From assembly GCA_000934665.2 (NCBI GenBank), contig JYFJ02002046.1, forward strand, positions 1 through 63,863: DNA of 63,863 bases. Reading direction: 5' to 3'. Source of the stretch: Catajapyx aquilonaris (Eukaryota). A program made the translations under genes and the position numbers. Below are positions 1-12,212 of the stretch, piece by piece. Position 1 is the stretch's first letter, and every line of letters begins with the position of its first letter. Below the pieces are notes generated by a model. The model worked only from the letters and a program-made list of their open reading frames with translations, searched no databases and had not been told where the DNA came from.

Positions 1-83
1 GCCGAAGGCGCGCCAATTGGGGCGCAGCCCCAAGGGGGGGTGTGGGGGGGCGGAGCCCCCCCGCCTCGCAAAGCGAGTGTAGT
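1..83. mobile_element. Probable 3' end of a Helitron-like or other non-autonomous repeat, truncated at the window edge
   Basis: GC-rich palindromes (GGGGCGCAGCCCC, GGGGGCGGAGCCCCC, CTCGCAAAGCGAG) ending in GTAG-T before AT-rich DNA; resembles a rolling-circle element terminus. Confidence 0.35.
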
Positions 84-179
84 ATAATATGCTCCCTGGT
101 ACAGTACCGGTAAAGACTCTATTCGGTGGTTACGTGATCTGCAGTAAAATATTGTTATTTTCATGTTTGCCGTACAGAA

Positions 180-1217
180 ATGAGAACCATGGAGACGTGT
201 CCATTATTGTTGTCTAAAAAGATGGGATTAAAATTTTGTAAGTCAAAGTCTCATGCGCATGAAGAGGACTGCATGACACCTGCACCTTCAGTTGTCAGAT
301 CGGGTAATGACAAAGTGCAAGTAGGAGTGAAGGCACCTGTTTTCAGCTGTACAGCAGTTGTTGACCGTGGGAAACAACAACAATTGTTCGACCTCCAAGA
401 TTTGACAGGAAAGATATTGGTGTTGATATTCTACCCAGGAAACTTGTGAGTACAATATTATTCGTGTTTTGTGTAATACTGTACTAAATATAGGCCTATA
501 TTTTTTGCCAGTAAAAGGATAAGTCCACGTGAGTTGTCAGACTTTTCGAACCAACTGGAGGAGTTTCACGAGTTGTCCTGCGAGGTTGTCGCGATGTCAA
601 CTGATAGCCACGTGTCTCATCAGTACTACTTGATTCTTCCTCCGAGAAGTGGAGGGTTCGGACCTGTCAGAATACCCATACTGTCCGATAAGTCAGGTCA
701 GGTGAGTAGGGCTTACGGAGTGTACGATCATGAGACAGGATCGTCTAGAAGGAGCGTGTTTGTCATCGACGAAGAAGGAACAGTCAGACACATCGCCATA
801 CACGACACTGAGACACCAGTCGACACAGCAGAAACACTTCGTCTGGTACGAGCCATCAGACACCGCCAGATAGTCAACGAAGGTCTGTGTTGTTTACACA
901 CGAAAAATCACTGAAGAGTGACCCTATTCGCTTAAAATATCTATACAGGATGTCCTGAAGGTTGGAAACCAACTCCGGCTGAACTGAACGCCATGATTTC
1001 AGCTTGTGACTCCCAAGGAACTTCGAAGGATTCAAAAACAGATTCTGTGCTAGACGTGACTGTCAAGATGCTGAAGAGGGTACGACAATCCATGGACAGC
1101 AGACAGAGGATCGTCAGAAGAGATTCGAGTAACATGTACAAACTGAAGAAAGAGACGCATGGTCATGTACAGCCCATCCTAAGAACACGAGGGTCCATGC
1201 CATTTGACAAACAGTAA
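180..1217 (+). CDS. 2-Cys peroxiredoxin-like protein with the peroxidatic Cys replaced by Ser (pseudo-enzyme)
   Basis: Exons 180-445, 512-882, 949-1217 with GT-AG introns. The product has APVFSCTAVV, LVLIFYPGNF-KRISPRE, STDSHVSH, GGFGPVRIPILSDK, RAYGVY, RSVFVID, ETLRLVRA and NEGCPEGWKP, all collinear with the AhpC/Prx1 family. Confidence 0.85.
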
Positions 1218-1369
1218 AATTGGCTCTTCAATAATTAAAAATGTGTATATACCTCATCGTTGGCGTTCCCCACACTTCAAAATGGCCGCCAGCCTTGGCA
1301 ACGGCCCCAAACAGAGAGACGCGGAAATCGAATGTTTGCGCCTCTTATGCTCCCTGGCCGTGATATCAG

Positions 1370-1371
<2 letters not shown>

Positions 1372-1430
<59 letters not shown>
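1372..1430. repeat. (CT)n microsatellite
   Basis: Perfect CT dinucleotide run upstream of the SNX gene. Confidence 0.95.
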
Positions 1431-1431
<1 letters not shown>

Positions 1432-1628
1432 AAAAGGGTCAAAAATAGCGGATGTGCGTCACTGCTATATTTTGAAGTAGCTGCGATCCCCAGCCGCTAT
1501 GCTTATTGTTCGGCTGTCCTTTTTCCAAGATGGTGGCGCCCATGACATGGTTTTGAGATGATTCAAGATGAGATCATTTTTTTAAAAGGAAAGATTGACT
1601 GATTAGACCCGGGTCAAAGGTCGAAGGG

Positions 1629-2719
1629 ATGTTCAGGGTGTGTGTGCCGCAGTACAAGCAGGTGCTGGACGGAGGAGGAGGAGGGGAGGCCACCACCACC
1701 AATATAAAAGAAGGAAGGCCTTACTACGTGTACGTGATCGAAGTCAGGCAACAGCAGACCGGGAAGTGCCATCGTCTGGAGAAGAGATACTCTGCGTTCC
1801 ACACGCTGCACAAACAGGTTGGGGTCATATGGTTGGGAGGGGGCATGTCAAAGGTCACTCCATGTCCGGTACTAGTTGCTTCCCTATACGGATTAATCAA
1901 TTAAGTTTGGGCGGTAACTAATTAGTTGTCGTGACTACAGCCGTATCATTGATTCCTCATGACGACCACATGTTCCGTGTGGATATTGAAATGCAAACAC
2001 CTGCCGCTCCCTTCTTATCTAGTGCCACATGCGGTTGGAAAGTGTGCCGCTTCCTACCTGGCGCAATATGCATAATAATGGGGAGCAAGTGTACGTACAG
2101 TAAGAGATACGTACGCTGTAAGGAAGTGAGTTGGCATGGTCGTAGCAAATCTGGTCTTATTCGTTTCATGTCTTTGCAGCTGAGGAAGTCGTACCAGACG
2201 CCGGAGTTTCCGCCGAAGCGAGTGTACAACCTGAGTCCGCGTGTACTGGAGCAACGGAGAGTTGGACTCGAGTCGTACCTGCAGGCGATGCTGCGTTGCG
2301 TACCGGCTCCAGGAGAACTGCTGGCGTTCGTCGGGATCACTCAGGCGGAAGGAAGCTTCGAGTCGGTACCATTCGCTGCAAATTGCGCTTTATGCAACGT
2401 ACCCTGAGCATCAAACAAATTAACGTAATTTATATCCATTGACATGATTGTCAACAGTTTAACCGTAGCAACCTGCGGAACAGGTTCAGATGCTGTTGGA
2501 AGCTCAGATTAGCGACATAACGAGCTTTGTGTAATTTGTTGGCTTAACGAGTTCTTTTCGTTTAGTTCGCTGGAAGCTCTGGAGGAGGATATCGGAACGT
2601 CGCATCAACCGGTCGCCGTCTTTCCTTTGGATCCGTTCCTTGAGGTTGAAACAGGCTCTAAAACGGACATTGTAACGAAGGGCGTACTGCAAGCTTTGTA
2701 CGACACGCCTCGTTCGTAA
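1629..2719 (+). CDS. SNX24: Sorting nexin 22/24 (PX-only)
   Basis: Exons 1629-1817, 2180-2361, 2566-2719. PX motifs YYVYVIEV, EKRYSAFHTLHKQL and FPPKRV...LEQRRVGLESYLQ; SNX22/24-type tail HQPVAVFPLDPF...DIVTKGVLQALY. Probably co-orthologous to SNX22 and SNX24. Confidence 0.85.
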
Positions 2720-2803
2720 CAACCGGTGAGTTTTTTTTGTACATCTCCGTGTTTTATACAACTAGAAATGTTCTGCATTTCAGATTTTCCCTCCAGCATC
2801 GAA

Positions 2804-4267
2804 ATGGACACCTTGAAGCGATCGCAAGTTACTGCGTTTGGCCTCGTCTGGCTCTCATATGCAGCTAGTTACCTCCTACGAAAGCCCCTAGGCATCGTCA
2901 AAATGGATCTGTCCGCCTCAAAATTTGCGCTTGGAATGCTGGACGTCGCTTTACTGCTGCCGTACAGCGTGGTTCAAATACTTGCCGGTTCACTAATAGA
3001 CAAAGCCGGATCACGGCGAACACTGTCCATCTGCTTATTCGCTGCCGGTGCTGCGATGCTTCCGTTTGGTTACTCCCAAGATGTTCTGTTCATATGTGTT
3101 TTGCTGGTCGTCAGCGGTGCGATGCAAGGTCCGTGCTGGCCTGCTTCTTGCAAGGCTCTATCCGAGTGGTACCCCGATGGAGTTATAAACTCTGTAGTTG
3201 GCGTACTAAGCACCGCAACATACTGCGGTGCAGTCGGTGGAACCGCATTGGCCGTACATATGCAAGCGCAGTACGGACTACAATCTGTGTACTTGCCCGC
3301 ATCAATTATGGCCGTGTTGTTGTCAATTGTGGTGTTTGCGGCGCTGAAAAGTCCGGCTGACGTCGGAGTGTCTGTGCCTGGGAAGAACGAGAAAACGGTC
3401 GGTCCGGAGCATCCAAGTATGTAACATTTGGACAATGGACATGCAAATTTTTAATATTATTTTTCCTTCAATTAACGCTTAATTCGGACAGCATATAATG
3501 ACTTATACGTAACTGAAATTGTCATTGAATACTCAACGATTAATTTGATTAATTGCAGAGTTGACATTTTGGGAGCTGTGGCGGATTCCAATCGTGCCCG
3601 AAATATCCGGATCCGTCGTTTGCCTGAAGGTCGTGAGGTACGCTATGTACATGTGGCTTCCGATGTACTTCTCACGTCAGCTTGGATACTCCAAGGTGCT
3701 ATCGGGATTGCTGTCGACCGCTTTCGACATCGGCGGCGCCATCGGAAGTCCGGCTCTTGGGTTCATACTCGATCGGTACTTCCAGGTAATATTGTACGTC
3801 AAATTACATTGCTGTGTAGCTAATATAATTATTTGCAGGGCTCGACGCTTCGTGGATTGTTCTTCTCCGTTGCTGTCTCTGCAGTGTCGATGGCCGCCCT
3901 TATTACCACCGCCACATGGGGAGCTACATACAATGCGGTATCCCTATTCCTATGCGGCGCAGCAAACGGCGGTGCGGATTCGCTTCTGGCCGGATCCGTT
4001 TCGACTGCGATCGGCGAGGAAAACGGACGCGGCGCTGGAGCCGCAGTGACGGGCCTGGTTAATGGCCTTGGAACTCTCGGAGCCGTTTTGGAAGGACCGT
4101 TGCTCGGTTTGATGTTGAGCGGCGGAATGTCCTGGGACTTCATAATTGTGGTGCTGGTCGGAGTTAGCGGATTTGCGGCGTTGCTCGTTTGGAGAGCCTG
4201 GCGGATTCAGAGAAATGACGAGGCCATCGGGAGGTTCCACATGCTCCATTCGTCTGGACCAGTCTGA
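2804..4267 (+). CDS. MFS transporter, organophosphate:Pi antiporter (SLC37/GlpT/UhpT-like) family
   Basis: Exons 2804-3416, 3559-3785, 3839-4267. Many hydrophobic helices; motifs SYAASYLLRKPLG, QGPCWPASCKALSEWYP, VRYAMYMWLPMY, FDIGGAIG and VTGLVNGLGTLG. Confidence 0.85.
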
Positions 4268-4744
4268 TCTGGTGACAAATGTTAATTTGATAGCATGTGT
4301 GCGAAACAATGTTATTAATTTGGCGGCAAAATTTGTGCAAAATGATGTTGTGATAAGTTGCGGTTAATAATCATGTTGAAAAGTGACTTTGGTTGAAACA
4401 TGCCTGAAATGTCGTTAAGAAAATATTTCCCAGTGACTGATTTGCCTGCTTCGTTTGAATGGAAAGTGTCCCGACTATTTTGTAAGTGAAAAACGTGTCC
4501 GACTATTTGTAAGTTAAAACTATTCATTCAATTGCGGCAAATGAAGTTGTTACGGATCGTATTGCAATTTTCTTGTAAAAATGTTTTCAGCGATTTTGTA
4601 CCGATGAAGTTTCAGAATATTACGAGTAGCGGACGTTTGCTAAATTAAGGTCCAAGCGAATTATTATTACGTTGTCGTTTGTACTTGTACATGTTATGAT
4701 ATATTAAATATGACTTGTGTACATATCGGCTTTTTTGATGTGTT

Positions 4745-4930
4745 GAATTTCAGGAAATGTCGTCAAAAGTGCGAAGCAATCAACATTAAATTTCAGGAAA
4801 GTTAAATTAAAATAAATAGGAAATGAAGTCAAAAGTGTGAAGCCAGCAATCAACATTAAATTTCAGGAAATTAAAATCAAAATAAATAGGAAATGTCATC
4901 AAAAGTGTGAAGCAATCAACATTAAATTTG
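4745..4930. repeat. About three degenerate direct repeats of ~62 bp
   Basis: AAAAGTG(C/T)GAAGC...CAATCAACATTAAATTT recurs three times. Confidence 0.7.
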
Positions 4931-5419
4931 GTCAATGTCACTTAATTAATTTATTCAGGATAAAGACAGGCCTACACTTAACTTCCATCATTTAAATATT
5001 TAAATAACCCGCCAATTTCGGACAACGGCCGCTGATTGGCCAGCTGGTGGATCACAATTCGAATTCTTAAATCATACTCAATAATCTGTATTCCGGCCCT
5101 ATGATTAAGTATAAAGTGTATTACTATTTCTGAAAATATCAATAGCTTTATAATTTAATCTCGTTCGATTCCGCCTGGGTTTCATTTGGCAACCTTGCAA
5201 ATCCAAGATGGCGGCCCGCACTTGATGTTAATTTTTATCGGGGGAAAATTCTGGAAAAAGAAAAAAGAATATCGTGAGAACCGCCGGCTTGTTTCATATT
5301 CGCTATTTTACAAGGTCATCCGTCGAGTAATTGGGACGCACCATAATTACACATTAATTGGGCTTCAAGTTTAAGAAATGTCTGAAAGCAGGACAAGTTG
5401 TATTGCGAAGAGTAGGGCT

Positions 5420-5815
5420 TGAACTTAAACTATGCTTAAACTGTCGTTAAACTAGGCTTAAGCTGTCGTTAAACTGTTTTTAAGTGATGCTTAAACTGCA
5501 GTTAAATTATGCTTAAACAGTGGGTAAATTATGCTTAAGCTGTACTTAAATTGTGCTTAAATAGAGGGTAAACTACACTTAATCTACAGTTAAATTGTGC
5601 TTAATCTATAGTTAAATTGTGCTTAATCTATAGTTAAATTATGCTTAAACTGCACCTAACCTATGCTGAAACTGCACCTAACCTATGCTGAAACTGCACC
5701 TAACCTATGCTGAAACTGCACCTAACCTATGCTGAAACTGTGCTTAAATTATGCCTAAACAGTACACTTAAACTGTACTTAACCAATGCGTAAACTAGGC
5801 TTAAACTGAACTTCA
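5420..5815. repeat. Degenerate ~21-22 bp tandem array upstream of the PARP16 CDS (likely in a 5'UTR intron)
   Basis: Repeated TTAAAC/TTAAATT units, including four copies of CTGCACCTAACCTATGCTGAAA. Confidence 0.75.
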
Positions 5816-5850
5816 ACTATGAGCATACTTTTTATGTTTTCAGCTACGTG

Positions 5851-7323
5851 ATGGCTACCAACCCGGAGAACTCTCTGTCCGAAGCTGAAGGGGGTGTGTT
5901 TGCAAAGGCGAACAACGACAGCCTGAACTTGCTGTGTGCAAACCCAGGAGCGGAAGAGGAGCTTCGGGTCAAGCAGGTCAGAGACGCCTTGGAGCGTGAC
6001 CTGCTGGCTGCGGACCTGCGCTGGAGTCTGTTCGTGGCCGCCTCCAACAGCTACAGACACGACACTGTTCTCAGGCCGTTTCCGCCCCAGTTTGTCTGGA
6101 ACGGAAACCGAGATATAGATCAGCTCGTACGTCACATTCTGTTCATTTCACAGCATAGAGATGCATTTACATGCGAGCGATTCGGTCAGCGATGTTGCAG
6201 CAATGATATGGCTCAGAGATGAGGCCAATTGTTTGGAGCGAGAATATACTGTTACTTTCACGAAACTTCGCTGATCAAATCGCTCACATGTAAACGGGTC
6301 TTTCTTTTGAATCATGAATTTTGAATGCATGCTTATCGTATGGTAATTTTTACAGAGGTCAGGAGTAGCCGGAATCCCGCCGTTCACCCAAATATTGGCT
6401 GAGTTACGGAGCGGACGACGGCTCAGCTTGGATCCGTCATCGCTTCAGCTTCTATGGTGGGTCCTATGCGGCACAGGCGGTCCGCAGCTATCGACCGTAT
6501 TGCAATCGGAGCGAGACCAAATCATCAGGAAGGTGGGATGGTCAGATGAGCCACCGCCGCCTACTCTCATACTAAGCCTGCAATGGAGCGAATCCAGCGA
6601 GAGACGGTGAGCGATTTGGTCGTTTAATTACCGAGACTTAACCGGATTTGTTACAGATGGGACATGTGGCGTCAACAAGGCAAATCCGGCACATTCTACG
6701 CATTCCATGGAAGCCGCATGGAGAACTTCCACTCTATAGTTCACCACGGGCTTCAGCAGCACATGAACCGCAATTCGCTGTTCGGCCAAGGGGTGTACCT
6801 ATCGAGCGAAATGAGCGTGTGTATGCCTTACAGTCCGACAGGACGAGGATGGGAGAAGAGTTTAGCGCAAGGCGGGATCAACTGCATCGCACTATGCGAG
6901 CTGGTTGATCATCCAGATGTACGATGCAGGACTAAAGGTAATTCATTCGTAAAACGGACTAAATTTGTGAATGACTGATCATTTTATTCCGGCCCAGATG
7001 ATGACTTGGCTCGTTCGCGAACATCGGACAGCCTAGCCGGCAAGGTTCCCGAGAAGTACTTTGTGGTGGTGAACAGTGAGTTGGTTCGTGTCCGTCACCT
7101 CCTTTTCTACTCTGCCCGGGGACAAGGACCTGGTGCTTGGAAGAACCCAATCCTTGACCCTGTCCCGTCCCTTCCCATGGCGTCGATGCAGCGTCCGTCA
7201 TTCCTTCGCAGACACAGGTTCGCTCTGTTGATGGTAGCCTACGCTGTAGTGCTTCTGTCTGTCGGAGCTGGTGACTCGAGAGCTATCAGAAGATGGGCCA
7301 GATATCTCGGGATTGTACGGTGA
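5851..7323 (+). CDS. PARP16: Mono-ADP-ribosyltransferase PARP16 (ER tail-anchored)
   Basis: Exons 5851-6126, 6356-6606, 6657-6937, 6998-7323. Motifs AADLRWSLFVAA..SYRHDTVLRPFP, AFHGSRMENFHSIVHHGL, SLFGQGVYLS, CIALCELVDHPDV and PEKYFVVVNSELVRVRHLLFY, plus a C-terminal TM helix. Confidence 0.92.
6159..6301. mobile_element. MITE, family A (TIR GCGTTTACATGTGAGCGATTTGATCAGCGA-like)
   Basis: About 30 bp imperfect terminal inverted repeats inside a PARP16 intron; the same TIR occurs at 18908 and 22039. Confidence 0.7.
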
Positions 7324-9708
7324 ATCGACAACAAATTCACGCCAAAGCTGGTCCGAAACGTTTTACATAAATATAGGAGTACAGTTTGTAAAAGTCATGT
7401 GCTAGTATTTTTGTACGCAATAAGTGCAAGTCATAATATGAACATTGCGACTCAAGTGTGGAGAAAACGGCAGATTGTTTGGCATGACTTATTTTCTAAT
7501 CTTATGTTCCTTAATGCGCTTGCATTTTCTCGATTGCTAGTAATCAACATTAATTCAGTATTAGCGAAATGCAAGTTGCGGTTAGCATAATATTTTGTCG
7601 ATACTTAACACATTGGAAGGAACAAACATGTTTCGTATTATCACGAGCAATTTTTCTCGAACGTGTATGAAACTGTTGGTGTTGCGAGCTTGTCGTCAAT
7701 TATTTTATTCGTAAAACGTACGCATAATTGGTCCAACTTGATACTCGACCTCTATACAAAATACACACTGTACTTTTTTTTTTAAAAGGCCTGTACTTTT
7801 TTTCTAGTCACTGTCTACTTGCATTGAAGTCAAACTTGATTGTTTCACCCGCTGTACCTGGACCAATCTGTTGCATAATATTCTGTAAGTTTATGCTAGT
7901 CCCTTGACTTGTTAAGATGACGGCTGAGTTTGGTTGATCTGGTCGGACTTTATGTAGCACATTATTTTGTGTAGTGTTTTATAAAACAAATATATGATGG
8001 GTATATATGCAACAAAAATTTTGTACATATTAATACGGTCTTGGATAAAATTGTTGCAATAATATTTGTTGGTTTCACTGGAGGACCGGATAAAATGTGT
8101 CAAAAAAAAACGATTTGATATGTGGTCGAAACAATAAGAAATGTTGCGATGTGAATTGGTAGCAATAACTACGAGTTGTAGTCAAAATTAATTGTCAGCA
8201 TTTTTCATAAAGTTCACTCGTGGACATGTGTGTGAATGAGCTTGCACCAGTAAGACTTGCCTGGTGCATGTTCCATGTGTACTTGTGTCGTTTTGCACAA
8301 AAGCAGTGCCAAAAGAAAAACAAATAAGGTGATTGTATATCATGACGAACTATATGTCTACAAAATAAAAATGTGGGAGGAAAACATTATGTGACTTTTT
8401 GGACATTATAATTATTTTTCAAGCTGGACAAAGTCTTCCCTGTGTTGCCATCAAGATGTGGTTGTGGCAATGTTGTACTTGTTGCAACCGTAGTCACAAG
8501 ACGTCACTAGCCATTAGTGTGCAAAATACATCTTGAGTGCACCATACCTCGCATTTGTTTTCACAAAAAAAAAATTGTGCACTACACCCTGATGTTTTGT
8601 ACGTATTACGTACCTATTACACTTACTATATGCGCCTGTATCATCATTAGATTATATTGCTGTTCAAACAGTTATGGCACGTTGCATTGATCACCATTGA
8701 ACCTGCGAAGATGAAATTATCATAGTTTATTTTCCAAATATTTTGTAATTTAATTATTTTTATATATTTACTGTTTTTTAATTTAATTTTAATTTTAATT
8801 TTATACTTTAATCTTATTATATTATTTGTTACTATTGAAAATTTATTAGGATTATATTGTTATCCACCTTTTTATCATGATATTTTTATTATTTTGGATT
8901 TTATTATGATTATACTATATAAGTTATGATTCAAAATTTATTATGATTATAGGTTATGATTCAAAATTTATTGTGATTATATTATTCATTTTGAACCATT
9001 ATGATTATTTTGTGTCATATTATTATAATAATTTAATATTTTATCGCGATTATATTATTATTTAATAGTTTGTTGCGATTATATTAATTTGTTATTATTC
9101 GCACAATTTATTACGATTATATTTAATTACTCTTTAATGTTTTTAATCAATTTGATTTGAATTTTTCTGAATTGATTATTATCCGTAGTTATATAAATTA
9201 TAAAATATAATATAAAAATGTAATGTGTATATATTTATGTGGTGAAATTCATTCAATTCAAATTTCGACTATTTAGTTTAGAATTGATTTTTTAAAATTA
9301 TTATAGAACATATCAGTGTGATATTATTATTATTATTTTTGATTTAAAATATTAAAATCACGCATCTAATAATAATATTTTAGCCTCGATTAGTTGATGG
9401 GGGCGGAGGGGGGGGGGGGGTGGTTAAAATATTCCCAGCATATTAATTAAAGCAACGAATAACCCATCAGGCTTTCAATTAAAAGTACTTGATCCACACC
9501 TGTCAATGAATACGTCAATCCCACCCCGGCCGATTCCCTTATTTAACACGTACGACACATGCGCGTGGAAACACTTTCCAACGCAAATGATCCCACGTGA
9601 CCAAAGACCTATATCGATCTCTCTCTCTCTAGCTCCAGCAGAAAAGGTGGGCCTAAATAGACCCTATCAATAACATCCGCCGAGGAGGGAACAGGTTGCC
9701 AAATAAAA

Positions 9709-12212
9709 ATGGAGCCGCACATTTGGCTCCTGATTTCGGCCATTTTTTGGAAAAACGGATTCGGACTGGAGACCGAAAGCTTCCAGTTCCTCATGCCAAA
9801 TGTCAGACCATCCACGGTGAGTTATTAGTTATTATAACTAATTGTTATCACGTATTTTTAATGTACAATATGGGCCGCAAATCGGGAGACATGGACAGGT
9901 GTAATATGACACCTAGGTGTAATATGACACCTGTCCATGTCTCCCGCTCCAGCTTTATGGCAGGTGTATGGAGCCTTTTAAAAATATATATATATGTATA
10001 ATTTATTGATAATATCGAGGCTGGTTTATATTGCAATAAATATACAATATTTATTGCCGAGATTTTCGCGAAACTGACCGATTTCAATGGTTAATAAAGC
10101 TGCAAAACAGACATATCTGCTCCACTGCAATTAATCAGCAGTTTTGCGCATTTCGAAAATATTAATGTGCACTTAACGACAAAAAAAGCAACAAAAATCA
10201 TTCTTAATAATTAATTTTGACTCCGCAATTATTTAAATAATATAAATGGAAATTAAATCAAGATATAAATGAGTATTAGTTTTATATCTATCATTATTAA
10301 TTTGTTCCCTACCGTTTGGAGGCAAATTTGCAGTTTGGGTGGATAAATAAATCAACATTAAATACCGGGCAATATAAAAAATAATGTAATACCTACAATA
10401 TAATGCAAATAATATTACGTAAGAATAATTCAATATAATACTATGTAAAAATAATTCAATATAATACTATGTAAAAATAATTCAATATAATACTATGTAA
10501 AAATAATTCAATAATTATAATATAATACAACCAATACAATTATATTATAAATTATATAATATAAATAATATAAATAATACTATAGATGAAAAGCGCATTT
10601 TTCAAACCTTCCACTGCGTAGTACTATGCCCGACAAAAATATTTGGGTCGATTTTGAGCCAAATAAATATTCAGTAATTTTTGTACTTGTCCTGCCAACC
10701 AATTCACTGTGAGTTATCACCTTCTTGGATATCCCAACTTAGGGAAAATCCAATAAGGAAGCGGCACGACCCGTGTGAAAATGAGGCTAAAGCGGAGCAC
10801 GTACAAATCCAATTGTTTACTTCTTCCGTATTGGACACGCATCTGTTCTCATTTCCTCAAACGGCTCATTACTATTCTGGAAGCATACGCTGCAAACGAC
10901 GGACACAAATTATTGAAGGTGACATGTGATGCTTGTTCTTTTCCAGCCGGAGACATACTGGTGCACGCCTATCCGCATAGACTCGGATAATGACTACTAC
11001 ATAGGTGAGCAAAATAGTTAAAAATCAATTAAGACTAATTGGCCACTAATGAGCATAATTACAGAGAGTACTTAGAAAATATTTTAACATTATAAGCATC
11101 ACTTTTCATGGTGAAAATACTGGTTATGGAAATACACTGATACTTAAAAAAAATAATTACATCCAATTGCACGCTAATTAGTTGCCTGTAAAATTACAGT
11201 GGGATTCGAACCGAACGCAACAATGCACACGGCTCATCACATGTTAATCTACGGCTGCACAACGCCTGGAACAGAAGAGGCAGTATGGTACGACACTAAT
11301 TACAGTTCGCACGCATTGCAATTAACACAATTAATTATACAGGGATTGCGGAGAAATGGCTGTGGCCCAAGAGGCAGGTCTGATCAAAGCAAGTCCATGC
11401 GCTAAAGGATCGCAGGTATGCAATTATTAATACTCTCGTACGTACATTTGTCTCATCGCAAGTTGCTTTCAGATAATATACGCTTGGGCTCGTGACGCTC
11501 CTGCACTGAAGCTGCCTCCTGGAGTCGGGTTCAAAGTTGGTCGCAACACCGCCATCCGCTACCTGGTCCTCCAAGTACACTACGCGCATGTAGACCACTT
11601 TCAGGATGGAAGCACAGACAACTCCGGTGTATCGCTGCAGTACACCGAAATCCCGCAGCCGAAACTAGCCGGAGTCGTGCTTCTCGGAACAGGCGGATAC
11701 ATCCCACCGAAGAGCGTCGAGTACATGGAGGCTGCTTGTCCGGTGAAGGAAACCAAGACGCTTCATCCCATAGCGTTCCGGACACACACGCACCAGCTCG
11801 GAAGGGTCGTCGCCGGATTCCGTGTCAGGCGCGATCCAGACGGAGATGACCAGTGGGCACTTCTGGGGAAGCGGGATCCCATGCTGCCGCAAATGTTCTA
11901 CCCAGTGGCCGACAACGGGACTCTGGTCGAGGAAGGAGACGTGTTGGCGGCCAGATGCACCATGGTCAGCAATCGCAGGCGGATCACGGCCATTGGGTAC
12001 GTATCGAGCTTGTAACGCACCATTGCATACAACTTCATCTCGTTTCCAGCTCCACAAACGACGACGAGATGTGCAACTTCTATCTGATGTACTACGTCGA
12101 AGGATCCGAACCGCTTGATATGAAGTACTGCTTTTCGATGGGGCCGCCACTATTCAGCTGGAAGAAATACCCTCTGAACAACATCCCGAACGAGGAAGCC
12201 TCGTCTTTTTGA
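9709..12212 (+). CDS. Phm: Peptidylglycine alpha-hydroxylating monooxygenase (stand-alone PHM)
   Basis: Exons 9709-9816, 10947-11004, 11200-11287, 11343-11415, 11473-11996, 12050-12212. Signal peptide, then LMPNVRP, YWCT, AHHMLIYGC, IYAWARDAP, LVLQVHY, FRTHTHQLG, DPMLPQMFYP and DEMCNFYLMYY; the copper ligands are intact and there is no PAL domain. Confidence 0.93.
10423..10512. repeat. Three ~27 bp tandem repeats in PHM intron 1
   Basis: AATAATTCAATATAATACTATGTAAA repeated three times. Confidence 0.8.

Noticed and set aside
2717..2806. Stop-codon readthrough fusion of SNX24 and the MFS transporter (TAA-CAA context)
   Set aside because: The spliced spacer is 26 nt (13 nt with the alternative CTCCAG acceptor), so it is out of frame. 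The unspliced 84 nt spacer is in frame but would need both readthrough and retention of a consensus intron.
9709..12212. PHM without a PAL domain as a novelty
   Set aside because: Separate PHM and PAL genes are the known arrangement in insects and related arthropods.
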